Of a stretch of DNA of 64,000 nt, positions 1 to 11,424 are shown piece after piece (within the stretch, counting starts at the first letter, position 1; each line of letters opens with the position of its first letter). This DNA comes from Elsinoe ampelina (taxonomy: Eukaryota). The position numbers and the translations under genes were made by a program. The stretch lies in contig ML992501.1 in assembly GCA_010093995.1 (NCBI GenBank), positions 1-64,000 of the forward strand, in the 5' to 3' direction. The notes under the pieces were generated by a model. The model searched no databases. It had not been told where the DNA came from and saw nothing but the letters and a program-made list of their open reading frames with translations.

Positions 1-2
1 TA

Positions 3-362
3 CTAGTTATTTAGAAGTTAAGGCTATAGAAGATTATTATGTTATTAAGTACTAAGGCTAAATACCTTACCCTTACTAAGACCTATAGAGAGATTAATTA
101 GTTAAGAAACCTTATTATTAAACTTAGGCTACTTACTAATATCTACCTTAGTCTAACTATAGTTTTTATTAATAACAAATTAGCTATTAAACTTATAAGA
201 GATTATACTAACTTAAGAAGATCTAAGTATATTAATCTAAAGAATTATTACTATAGAGAGTAGTATAAACTTAAAGTAATTAAGCTTAAGTATATTAATA
301 TAACTTAGTAATTAGCTAATATACTTATAAAGCTTAAGTCTCCTAATAAGATTCTTAATTAA
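3..362 (+). pseudogene. Copia pol C-terminal RNase H domain (RIP-mutated)
   Basis: The frame from position 3 reads LVI*KLRL*KIIMLLSTKAKYLTL...IN*LRNL...INNKLAI...RSKYINLK...**LANILIK. Reversing G>A and C>T changes gives W-KS-LQK-V-LSSTEAEY-AL...WLRNL...DNKSAI...RSKHID...QLADILTK, the canonical Ty1/copia RNase H motifs. Confidence 0.92.
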
Positions 363-501
363 TTAGTAAAGGCTAATTACTTAGTATATATCTATACTAT
401 ATACTTATTTAGATTTTATATATATTATTATTTTAAGTATATTATTTATACTACTACTACTTATTAAGCTATCTTATTTGTCTAAAGCTTAAAGTAAATT
501 A

Positions 502-792
502 NNNNNNNNNNNNNNNNNNNNNNNNNNNNNNNNNNNNNNNNNNNNNNNNNNNNNNNNNNNNNNNNNNNNNNNNNNNNNNNNNNNNNNNNNNNNNNNNNNN
601 NNNNNNNNNNNNNNNNNNNNNNNNNNNNNNNNNNNNNNNNNNNNNNNNNNNNNNNNNNNNNNNNNNNNNNNNNNNNNNNNNNNNNNNNNNNNNNNNNNNN
701 NNNNNNNNNNNNNNNNNNNNNNNNNNNNNNNNNNNNNNNNNNNNNNNNNNNNNNNNNNNNNNNNNNNNNNNNNNNNNNNNNNNNNNNNNNNN
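502..792. other. Assembly gap (N run)
   Basis: Run of N inside the repeat-derived region. Confidence 0.99.
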
Positions 793-1792
793 CTTATAAG
801 CTCTACTATATAGTTTATTACTATAGTAGCTAAGTTATAAACCTTAGTAGTAGTTAAGTTAGTAGGATCTATAAAGTTTATAGGGACTACTATAAAGTAG
901 CAAGAGTTAGTATAAGTTATTAAGGTATTAACTATACCTAATAATACCTCTAGTATATAGGCCCTTAGTAAGAACCTCTAAGGTAAAGTACTACTAAAAG
1001 AGATAGACCTTAGAAGCTCTATTAGTAGGTATATTAGGCTATATAAAATAGGCTAGGTAATAACCCTTAAGCTACTTAGAGTCCTTATAGGTTTAGGAGA
1101 GCTAATAGGCCTTAGAGTTAAAGTATAGTTAGCTAGGAAACATCTAGTATATTAGTTACTATAAGTATAGTAAGTATAGATCTTATTAAGCTAACTAGGT
1201 AAAGTAATATACTTACTAAACTTACTACTCCTACCCTTACTCTAATTATCGCTAGAGTTAGATCTCTAATACTTAGTATAGTAATTAGTGCTATAGTAGA
1301 CTACTCTACTAGTAGTACTAGAAGCTATTAAAGTAGTAAAGTAGTTAGTAGATCTAGTAAAGTTAACTTACTTAGTTAAATCCTTAACTAGAATAGGATT
1401 AGTAACTACTAGGTATACACTATAGGTACTAAAGGCTTAGACTACTATAGACCTCTAGATAGAATATAAGTTAGTATAGTTATAGTAACTAATTATTCTA
1501 AGCCTAAGGAGAGTATTCTAGATTATATCGGCTAACTATTAAGTTAAAGTCTAAGTTAATTAGGCTATTAATGTTAGCTTATGCTATTAATGCTTTATAG
1601 CTACTTACTAAGAGTATTAAGACAAGTAATTAGTCTTATAGTAGTATTATAATTAATATTAGAAGTACTAGGTAACCTTAATAGAGAATTTCTCTTCTTA
1701 TTACTACCTCTACTACCTAGTAAACTACTTAGAGCACTAGCACTAGTAGTAATGCTACTAATACCTAGCTATTACTATACTATAGTACTTAT
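793..1792 (-). pseudogene. RIP-mutated, intron-containing putative secreted-protein gene lying antisense inside the copia element
   Basis: Minus-strand TATATAA at about 1837-1843. ATA (probably a RIP-mutated ATG) at 1792, then an Ala/Ser/Leu leader and AAG AAG AGA (KKR). A 44-nt GTAAGT...GCTAAC...TAG intron at 1608-1565 joins the two best-reading frames in phase 1. One frame then runs to the gap with only TAA/TAG stops, which RIP can make from CAA/CAG/TGG. Confidence 0.6.
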
Positions 1793-1952
1793 ATTATAAG
1801 TGTTATTAATATAGTATAGTAAGAAGGTAAAAGTGTTATATAAAAGAAAAGGCTACTACTATAAGTATAATAAAGGAAGGAGAAATTATAAAGAGACTAG
1901 TTAGATACTTATATCTCTTTAATTAAGACTTATAAGCTAGTCTATTTATATA

Positions 1953-2083
1953 AATAATAGCTACCTAGCTATTATTAATAGTTACTATTATTACTAGTAA
2001 TTATAAGCCGAACTAATAGTAGCTAGGTAGCTATTATTAATAGTTACTATTATTACTAGCAATTATAAGCCAAACTAATAGTA
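1953..2083. repeat. 62-bp-period tandem duplication plus overlapping 18-bp inverted repeat
   Basis: tagctattattaatagttactattattactag...aactaatagta occurs at 1966-2021 and 2028-2083. aataatagctacctagct (1953-1970) is the reverse complement of agctaggtagctattatt (2021-2038). Confidence 0.85.
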
Positions 2084-2204
2084 AATTCTTACTAATAATT
2101 AGCTAACACTAACAATTATAAGCAATTATAAAGAGATAAAGTAATAAGCTAATTACTTTACTTACATATAATAGAACAGTTCTCTAGCTTTAATAATCTA
2201 TACT

Positions 2205-2214
2205 AGAGGGGGAG
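2205..2214 (+). promoter_or_regulatory. Polypurine tract (plus-strand primer site) of the copia element
   Basis: AGAGGGGGAG directly abutting the TG that starts the LTR. Confidence 0.9.
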
Positions 2215-2356
2215 TGTTATAATAGAAGGCTAGTACAGCTTCTCTAGTACTAAAGAACTGGCACTAATAAGTCAGCGTACGCATAGTAGATAAATCGGTT
2301 ATTGTAACTCTCTGAATAAAACACACGTCTCTCGATCCGATTTGCCAGTTACAACA
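2215..2356 (+). repeat. 3' LTR (142 bp)
   Basis: Starts TGTTATAA and ends TTACAACA (reverse complement TGTTGTAA), an 8-bp terminal inverted repeat with one RIP-type G>A mismatch. AATAAA at about 2315-2320. Follows the PPT. Candidate TSD CTTGG at 2357-2361. Confidence 0.88.
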
Positions 2357-2524
2357 CTTGGGGGTCATGTCTTGGCAGACTGGGCTCGATCAGGAAGGCG
2401 TTTCAAGCTTCAAGCACATGCAAAGTCCGACTCCTACAGCATCATCAACGTATTGCAGTCGCTTCAGCTCCAGTTCTGTGGCCCCTGCTGGATACTAGAC
2501 GATGGATCTTGAGACCACACAGAC

Positions 2525-2845
2525 ATGACTACATCCTCTGCTCAAGCTGCACGTCGCTGGATTATCACCCTCGGGGTCGCTGCCATCACCGTATCTGGAG
2601 CATATGCCGGAGCGAATCTCGCAGTGGACCAGGACAAGAAAAAGGTATACCGGTGTGCTCATAACCTCGGTAGGCTATCTGACCATGTTTAGGAGCGACA
2701 AGCACTCCAACAGGCGGGTCCCACAGAATTGATAGCCCAACTCGAAATGTACCGAACTCGCTTGATAGGGCAGCGGAACGATCTAGAGAAAAAGCTAGAC
2801 GAGATTAGTAGAAGGAAAGCGTCAAAGCAGCAGAATGGAGGATGA
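2525..2845 (+). CDS. Small 90-aa protein with one TM segment and a coiled coil (2 exons: 2525-2644, 2693-2845); absent from the ORF track
   Basis: MTTSSAQAARRWIITLGVAAITVSGAYAGANLAVDQDKKK|ERQALQQAGPTELIAQLEMYRTRLIGQRNDLEKKLDEISRRKASKQQNGG*. The 48-nt intron GTATAC...CTGAC...TTTAG is in phase 0. Confidence 0.75.
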
Positions 2846-3483
2846 GAGGTCACGGGTGATATCATGCGTACTGCAGAACCCATGGCTCATGGACATGTGT
2901 CCTCAGTGACAGCTGCACATCCATGCGGCTCTTCACCCCACCAGCCACCGATTAAGAGCGCCAGTAGTCACACTTGCCACCCCTGAGAGCATTCCCGAGA
3001 CCAGACTTGCCGCACAAGCCACGGCTCCGACGGGAGCACTCGGCCACGAGGGTAGGCGACCAGGATACTTGGCAGGGGTACGACGAGAGGCATACAGAGT
3101 TGATCAGCTCACGATGGGTGAAACCGACGGGAACGGTGGTCGGACATATAGTGCATGTAGAGTGACTTTTGCCCTCCAATCTGGCGGACTGGATTGGTTT
3201 TTCTCGCCTCGATTTGTACAATGTGATGTGCCGGCAGCTTGCTCGTGAAGCAACAAAAGCGAGTCCGACTCGAGGTATCTGGTAGGTAATTCCGATCGCA
3301 TTGGTTGGCTTTGGCGGTCATTGACACAACCTGAACGGCAGCCATGCTCCGAGGCACGTGCACAAAATTGCTGCTGCCGCCTTTGCCACGTCTTTCCGCG
3401 TCACGCGTTTCGCCTTCGCCAGATACAGCACATTTGCTCTTTACTGATCGAGACGATTTCAGAGGGCGTGTATCTCGCCCAGC

Positions 3484-5745
3484 ATGTTCTATTCGCACGA
3501 GAGTCAGTGGCACACCCCCCGCCCAATATCTGCTGCTGACCATCGATAGTCCTGACCAGTCGCAAATATGGAGTAGCGACGGTATGGTGAGTGTCAGATG
3601 GTAGCCAATTGCTCTGCCCTAGCTAACCAATTCACAGGCTTGTCGCTACTTTGGGCGCCAGTGAGGCTCGACGCAAGCTCAACAAAGCAGAGATACAGAA
3701 GGTCGACGTCCCAAAAGCCTGCGAGACCATCACGAATCCCGAAACACCCCTAGCACTTCGTCTGCAAAGCAACCTCCTCTTCGGCGTCTCAAAAGTCTAC
3801 TCACAGCAGTGCATCTTCGTCCTCAACGATGCAGAACATGTCCGGTCACAAGTACGCAGCGCTTTGGGAGTCATCCGCGCGGCGACAACGACCTCTTCCA
3901 AACAGCATCTCGGCAAGAAAGACCAGATTAATTTACCTGACGATCCTAATTTCAACCTCGAGCTCGACTTGCTTGTTGATCTTGACGAGTTGACGACCAA
4001 CGCAACGACCCGCATACCGGATTCCAATCTAGAGAGCCTCAATCCTCAGTCCAGCCAGCAATCTTTCGAGCAGGATTTCGCGGCTTTGACACAGGACAAT
4101 CCGCTCTACTCGGATGGTATCTCAGTCGGCGAGAATTTCAGATCACGCACAGAGTCCAGAGCAGGGAGTGTACATGATGGTCCAATAAGTCGACTTGGTA
4201 GCGATCACTTGAATGAGAGCACACAAAGACGCCTTCTGGATGATGTCGGCTTTTCTGTCGGCGAAGATGGGACTATCATTGACGATCCGCCTGCGGGGGC
4301 GGTCGCGTCAACAGACACAGGTGGAGCTCTCCTCGGGCAAGACGACATGATGGAGGACAGACCAGCCGCTGACGAAATACGAGACCACATGGTATGTTGA
4401 CAGCCCTTTGGCGCGAGATGTGGATCTTCGGCTGACCACAATCTCTCTTCAGAGTGATCCACAGCTTCCTCCGCTCGATGACTTCCATCTCTTCCCAGAT
4501 GCCCAAGCTTTCTCTCCTCGCCCGCAGCAGCAGGAGCAGCCGGATGTTGACCTACCAACTGGATCCGCTGCAGAAGTTCAGCAACAAGAAGATGAGGATA
4601 CTCCTGCCCAAGCACATGAGCAGTCAGCGGCTGCTCCGAATCGTGCCCAGCGCCAACGTAGGACGCTGCCTCTGGACTCTCAAATGGAGCTGCGCAACCA
4701 AGATATCTCGGACTGGAATGACAACTACGTACAGCACATGCAGCGAGATGCTGCTCATCGTTTCCATCAACGTAATGCTCATGTTGCGAGGATCAACGCC
4801 CAGGCTTGGCTCAATGGGGCTGGCTTGCTGGGAATTGGAAACCTTTTAGCCAATGACAATATCCCAGCTGCTCTGCGCATGTTTGCAGGTCCGAACATTC
4901 TCACTCCGCCTGACACACCACCTGATCATGGAAGTCCTGTATCATCCAAGCGGGCACGTTCAAACTCTTCGACATCTTCGTCACGGAGAGTTAGACCTCG
5001 CCTGACCTCGCAGGATCTGGAGCAGGGTCGTGGTAATGCCGGCGACGTCCAAGTTCCTCAACTCGACGACGATTTTGCGGTCGGGGCTGCAGACGAAGCT
5101 GAGCTGCCGACCGAAGTAGGTCGAGAGGCTCAGACCCCACTGGCCGATCGTCAGTCGTCGCAAATGCCATGGAACTTGTCCCACGGATCGTCCGCCCAGC
5201 GTCGCTTCAACTTGCCTACTGGCGGCTATGGTAGCAGTAGTGTCGCTGGTGCACCGCTCAGCCAGGGATTGAGAGGAAGCAGCATCGCGCCCAGTCCACT
5301 TCTGGGACGCGATCGACACGCGGAGGAAGAGGGCATTCTGGGAGAAGAAACGTTTCAGCTGCCCATGGATGATACCGCCATGGAAGATGCAATGCCTACT
5401 GGAGAAGATGAGAGCCAGCTGGATTCGCAGGGAGTCAGACGCAGCAGCCTCCCATGGGCGGTCAAGACGATGGACACAGAACAGCTCAACTTTGTGGCTT
5501 TTCTCATGGACAAGATCGATGAGAAAAGAGCCACAGAGCAAGACGGGCAAGACGGGCAAGAAGGTATCGCGCTGACATTCGAAGAAGCCTTTTCACCAAA
5601 GAATACAGACAAGGTAATCGCCAGTCAGGCACTCATGCACATCTTGGCCTTGAACGGCAGGAACGTGCTTAAGGTCGAGCAGGACAATGACGAAGGATTC
5701 CGTCCGATATCCTTGACCGTACTTGAGGGTACTGCACCGGCATGA
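3484..5745 (+). CDS. rec8: Rad21/Rec8-family kleisin, meiotic Rec8 type (exons 3484-3502, 3550-3586, 3638-4391, 4453-5745)
   Basis: The spliced N-terminus MFYSHEILTSRKYGVATVWLVATLG...PLALRLQSNLLFGVSKVY is the Rad21/Rec8 N-domain. The C-terminus has the winged-helix motif ASQALMHILAL...VEQD. Introns are canonical. Confidence 0.85.
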
Positions 5746-5918
5746 GGTGGCTTTTCCCGATGAGAAGCTAGTACGGTATGACCTTTGAGAGTAAAAGAGT
5801 TGGACCAGCATGAAGTTATGACAGCATGATGTTAACGCACTAAGATACTCCATTAGCCGTCCCAATGCATTTGCCCTTGCCTCTTATGGCTTATTCCAGT
5901 AGCCTCTATCCAGTCTGA

Positions 5919-6510
5919 CTAGAGCCCCAAACCACCTCTGCCCTGTTCCAAAATGCCGGCCTGCTTCCTCAGGGCTTCTACCCTGAACTTCCTAAAGGCA
6001 TCCTCGATTCGCTTCCGACTTTCCGGATTACGGTTCACCGACCTTTTCGCTGCTGCGCCTCCCAATAACAAGCCCAGCTCACCACCCAACAGCATACCTC
6101 CCAAGCCAAAGAATGTGTAGGTCGCCACATCCCCCGCCGTCGTCGGCTTGAGGTGCGGAGTAAAGTCTGGCAAGCTCTCCGTCCGCCCATTGGCGAACTT
6201 GACCTCGACGGGTTTCTCAGCGGCTTTGAAGGCGTTGAACATATTTAGCCGGGTACGGCGAAGGCGAAAGGCTGAATAGACACCCAAAGACAGGCCGATG
6301 ATGGAGCCGATGGTGGTGGCGCTCGAGAGGCGTTTGGCTGCCGATTGGATGGCGTCGCGGTCTGATTGCTCGAGGCTTGACGGGTCAGCTAGTAAGTCCG
6401 AGGACTTGAAGAGAGCCTTCCACCTACTCATGGCGGTAGTGCTCGTCTGCGAGCTTTGCCAGATCCTGAGAGAGGCCCTTCCGGAGGGCGGCGGGGGTGT
6501 CGAAGGACAT
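5919..6510 (-). CDS. Hypothetical membrane protein with 2 TM segments (intron 6376-6427)
   Basis: Spliced start MSFDTPAALRKGLSQDLAKLADEHYRHD|LEQSDRDAIQ joins ORF 5919-6431. Two Gly-rich hydrophobic helices. Confidence 0.75.
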
Positions 6511-7303
6511 GATGGAAGGGGTCACGAGTCAAGTGCAATTGAGATGTGTGATCAAGGAGGCAAGTAACAGATACAGGTATGAGAGTTCTGGTACCGAAGG
6601 TAGTCGACCTCAAGCTCGTCGTGGTCGACGGATGTGTGATGTCATTCCGAGCTTCGCCGTTCAAATGCCAGTGATGAAGTTAGATGCAACCATGACATGT
6701 AGGTTTCCTCGTGGTCCGCAGTGCGTGATTCTGGCTTTACTTTTTCGCTTCTGTAAATGAAACGAGAGCGGATTCTACTGGCGAGCGCCCCCGAGGTCGT
6801 TGGTTGTTCAGTCACGCGGTTGTCCGGACCATTGCCTACCAGGCCAGAAAGCTACCCACAACCAGCATCCAAAATGGCTCGTCTCACGCTTGACAGCCAT
6901 CTTGCTTGACCGTAGCCATCAGGCCATCGTCAGGTGCCTTCCAGACCCGTCGCCATCGTCGCTGGTCATGCTACGGCCGCAGATCCAGGCACCAGCTTCA
7001 TCAAAGCCGTACTTCCGCGCTTTTGCATGATAGCAAGGCCTGATGTAATCCGGACGGATCAGATATGATGTATCGCAATCTGATAACTATTATCTGATTC
7101 GCCAAGGAGAGATGCGGGATCCAGGGAGCAAGGGACTGGAGCGATAATGGTGTATGCGAAGGTTGTGCGAGGGTGCGATGTCGGCTCCACATCTGAAGCA
7201 GTTCGAGGATGGTGTCACCGACGGATCAAAAACGCTATAAAAGGACCAGGAGTATCCTGCCAGGACTCCGAAACCCATCCCGTATCTTGATACAGCATCA
7301 ACA

Positions 7304-8032
7304 ATGGCAACACAACCACCAAGTGACGCTCTGCACGAGAAGGATCCAAGATGGACTGCCGTCGACGACTTTGCCTATGGCCATCTCTTCCCCGCCTCCA
7401 CATCCCTGACAAAGACCCTGGGTCAGGTCCTCAAGCATCAGCATGATTCTGGTCTGCCAGACATTGCCGTCTCTCCTCTGCAAGGTGCCTTTTTAGCACT
7501 TCAGACTCGGCTCCTGGGCTCAAAGAACGTGCTCGAGGTCGGCACTCTCGGTGGCTACTCCACGACCTGGTTCGCCGCTAGTGACACTGTGAACAAAGTG
7601 GTCACGGTTGACTTCAATGCTAAGCACACCCAGGTCGCCAAAGAGAATATCCATACCGCCGGTCTGAGTGACAAGGTCGAGTTCATCACAGATACTGGCA
7701 TCAATGCTCTCACCCAGCTCTGTGACCAGGTCAAAGCTGGAAGTAGGCCAGAGTTCGACTTTGTCTTCATCGACGCCGACAAGGAGAACAATCTCAACTA
7801 TGTCTACCTAGCCCTGGACATGACTCCCGTCGGAGCTTGCATCATCGTCGACAATATCGTCAGGAGAGGCAAGCTCGCCGATCCAGAAGTCGCAAAGACC
7901 AATTCTGTCATCAAGGCCAGCCGAGAGTGCGTCGAAGCCGTGGGCAAGGACGACAGGCTCGATGCTACTTTGATCCAAACGGTGGGGGAGAAGAACTACG
8001 ATGGCATGCTGATCTGTCGTAAAGTCAAATAG
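7304..8032 (+). CDS. O-methyltransferase family 3 (CCoAOMT/COMT-like)
   Basis: Motifs VLEVGTLGGYS, FDFVFIDADK and IIVDN. TATAAA at about 7237. Confidence 0.92.
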   Translation: MATQPPSDALHEKDPRWTAVDDFAYGHLFPASTSLTKTLGQVLKHQHDSGLPDIAVSPLQGAFLALQTRLLGSKNVLEVGTLGGYSTTWFAASDTVNKVVTVDFNAKHTQVAKENIHTAGLSDKVEFITDTGINALTQLCDQVKAGSRPEFDFVFIDADKENNLNYVYLALDMTPVGACIIVDNIVRRGKLADPEVAKTNSVIKASRECVEAVGKDDRLDATLIQTVGEKNYDGMLICRKVK

Positions 8033-8661
8033 GCATCTTATCCCGCAGCAAAGTACGATAGTTCATGCCCAAACATGCAAAGTACCCCATATAACACTAT
8101 CGACTAGCTGCTCAAACACACGCATGAGGCATCCTCCCCGGAACAATCACGGGCCCTGCATCTGTTCTACCAGACCCTAGATCTATTCTCATCCAATCGC
8201 AACATCTCCTTCCACTTCTGATACATCGGGTTATGCAATCAAAACCCGGCCGCGGTGGGGGATGCTGGATCGTCCCCTCCGCCTGACGATCATTTCAATC
8301 TACATGCCTTGCTCTGCGGGGAAGGACCTGCTAACTTCAACTTCTCCTCACACGCCGTCGGAACATGGTCACAGTACTGTCACAAGACGATGACACTCAG
8401 TAACGTGTGAGATGGGGTTTTGCACACGTCCCCCCCTTTGCACGCCACGTTATATACTTCTACACGTTCCGGTAAATTATCGGCGTTGATCGCGAAAATG
8501 TGATTGGTAAAGGACCCTGAAGTGTGCAAAGGGCATTCTCAAACGTTAATATGCACGGGTGCTTCGGTATAGACGACCAAGGGCAAGAGATTTCTCCTCG
8601 TATAAGAACACCATGTCTGCCAGGGATTTGGTCTTTGGCCACCCACGACCGCTATACGCTC

Positions 8662-11424
8662 ATGATGGGCCGTTTCTCTTCCTTTGCCTTGGTGGCAACA
8701 TATGTGTTGTCCGCCACTGCCCAGACGACCGTTGATACCACTGCCTTTGCTGCTCAACTCGCGGCAGGCTCAGGCGTCCTCCAGTCCCTCCGACCAAAGT
8801 CTGCTTCCACCTTTGACTTTTCCCCCTCGGACTATTTCTCTTTCCGCAGAGGAAATGGAAACTTCCACACTGGCGATCTGACCTTGAGGTTCCGTCAAGG
8901 TACATCGGGCAACTGGACATCTTCAGACACGGCCGCCAACAGGAACGTCCAGCTCACTACCTTGAATCAATCTGGTCGCTACACCACCGACCTCAACCCA
9001 GCCCTTCCTCAGGTCGGCTCTACCCTTAGTGTCTCACGCACCTGGTCCCAAGTCGATGGTGACTTGGCTCTCGAGTTCACAATCCGCAACAATGCTCAAG
9101 GGACGGTCGAGATTGGTGCCCTCGGATTCCCAATCGAATTCAACAACATCTTCGTCAACCGATCCGCGACGGATACCACCAACAAGTGTGTCCTGATCGA
9201 CCCATTCATCGGCTTGCACGCAGGCTTCCTTCAAGTCACCCGACTCACAGGTACTGGACCTGAGCTCGTTGTCACTCCTTATGGTGCCGAGTCCAAGTTC
9301 GAAGCTTGGAGATTCTTGACCGAGCCTGACAATGCTCAACTCCCCTACCAAGACCAAACCTACGAGGGAAATTATGAGTGGCAGGTCTTGAGTAAAGCTT
9401 ATGCCGAGAATGAGTGGAAGGGTGCTCAGCCATGGAACACACCTACCTCAAAGACACTGCAAGCTGGTCAATCTTTCACAGTCGGTTTGCGTTTCTCTGT
9501 AGCTCCCAGCGTGCAACAGATCGAGAGCACAATCTCAAAGACTGGCACCCCAGTAGCCGTCGGTATCCCAGGATACGTTCTACCAGCCGACCTCCAGGCC
9601 AGACTATTCATCAACACACGCCAGGCCATACGCTCCGTTGCCGTTGAGCCTCAAGGATCCATCAGTCTTAGAGCCGATTCAGACGTCCATGGGTGGAAGG
9701 CCTACACCCTGACTGCTGGCAGCGGAGCTTTTGGCCGGAGTCGTGTTGTGGTAACCTTCCAAGATGGTCGCCAGCAGTCCATACACTACTCAGTGACCAA
9801 GGCTGGCGCCACGACTCTCCGTGACATGTCCAACTTCCTCACCACCAAGCAGTGGTACACCGATGCTTCTGATCCATTCAAGCGAGCTCCTTCAGTGCTC
9901 TCCTGGGACCGCGAAGCCAACAACTTCGTCGCCCAGGACTATCGAGCTTGGATCGCAGGCATCTCTGATGAAGGTGGCGCTGGATCATTCCTGGCTGCCG
10001 GCATGAAGCAAGCCTTCAGCGCCGACCCAACAGAAGTCGACAAGATGGAGCAATTTGTCAACCAGACTGTTTGGGGTGATCTCCAGATCTCCAGTGGCAC
10101 ACAGACATACGGCGTCAAGAAGAGCTTGTTCTTTTATGAGCCGGCTGCTCTCCCGAACTACCAGTACAGGACCGACATCGACTGGAACACCTGGACCGCG
10201 TGGGACCGCCAGACTGCTTTTGCTGTCGACCGAGCCTATGACTATGTTCACGTCGCGAATGTGTACTGGTCTTTGTACCGTGCCGGCAAAACACACCCTG
10301 GTCTGTTGAAGCGCAACACTCCTCAGTGGTATCTGCTACAGGCCTACAACACGTAAGTCAGACTGCGTAATTCTACCCCGACAGCTACTGACCATCATAG
10401 TGTAATGTTCGTCTACGGTAACAACGGTGTCGGATACGGCGACGTCGGCCTCATGGGCGAGACCATCTGGGGTTTCATCCTCACTAGTCTTCGAGACGAG
10501 GGCCTCAACACCCAGGCCGATGCTTATGAAGCCAAGATGCGTGCTCGTCAAGCTACATGGGCGGCTCGCGCCAACCCATTCGGATCCGAAATGGCCTGGG
10601 ACTCTACTGGTCAGGAAGGTGTATACTACTGGTCCAAGTATTTCAAGGACGAGACCACCGCTGCAAAGACGGTCAGTTCCATCAGAGGATACATGCCTAC
10701 CATCCCTCACTGGGGATACAATGGCAATGCTCGAAGATACTGGGACTTTATGTATGCTGGCAAGTACACCGGCATTGAGCGTCAGATCCACCACTATGGC
10801 TCCGGGCTCAATTCGCTACCACTCTTCGAGACCTACCGCCTGTCCTCCAACCCAAGCAGTCTTGACTCCATCTATGACCTGCGTGTCGCCTATGGAGGTA
10901 ATCAAGGTCCATTGTCCAACATCCAGTCAGACGGTTTTGGATCCATGGCCTTCCATTCCTTCCCCGAGGACCTCTTCTGGGACCCTTACTCGGGTGATTA
11001 TGGTCCAAACTTTGTCGGCCACGCTCTGGGAGTTGCAACCTATCTCGTCCAGCACCCTACCTTTGGCTGGGTAAGCTTTGGCGGCAACATCGTATCCCAG
11101 AATGGTGATGTCGTGGTCGAGCCCAAGGATACCTTGAGGAAGCGTGTCTACGTCGCCCCGCTGGGGGTGTACATCACCCTGGATGCAGGCACCGTCAGCC
11201 GCTTCTCATATAGCGCTCAGTCTGGTAGGATCTCGTTGACTGTCAATGCTCAGGAATTGCCCTACCAGGCTGCACTACCGCCCAGAGCGACAGTGACGGT
11301 TGAGCAGGGCTCGCTTGGTGGAAATGTGGTAGTTACTGACCCGAAACTGGAGGGAGCCAACGGCAAGTATGTCATCAACTTCTCCAGCGGTCAAGAGCAG
11401 ACGATCATTCTAGCACGTCAGTGA
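8662..11424 (+). CDS. Secreted DUF5695-type putative glycoside hydrolase (intron 10353-10400)
   Basis: Signal peptide MGRFSSFALVATYVLSATAQ. Motifs FGSEMAWDSTGQEG, WGYNGNARRYWDF and ERQIHHYGSGLN. The intron joins the two ORFs in frame. Confidence 0.8.

Larger units (their letters stand above)
1..2356 (+). mobile_element. RIP-inactivated Ty1/copia LTR retrotransposon, 3' portion (continues left of the window; contains an N gap at 502-792)
   Basis: Very AT-rich, with TpA excess and CpA/TpG depletion typical of RIP. Copia RNase H remnant at 3-362, PPT at 2205-2214, and a TG...CA-bounded LTR at 2215-2356. Normal GC content resumes afterwards. Confidence 0.9.

Noticed and set aside
1144..1225. Apparent second intron (GTAAGT...ACTAAT...TAG) in the antisense cargo gene
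   Set aside because: The frame reads through this segment with sensible de-RIP coding, while splicing shifts into a stop-rich frame. RIP readily creates GTAAGT/TAG look-alikes.
2952..3543. Short overlapping ORFs between the 90-aa gene and rec8
   Set aside because: No recognisable motifs or splice structure. Likely promoter/UTR sequence.
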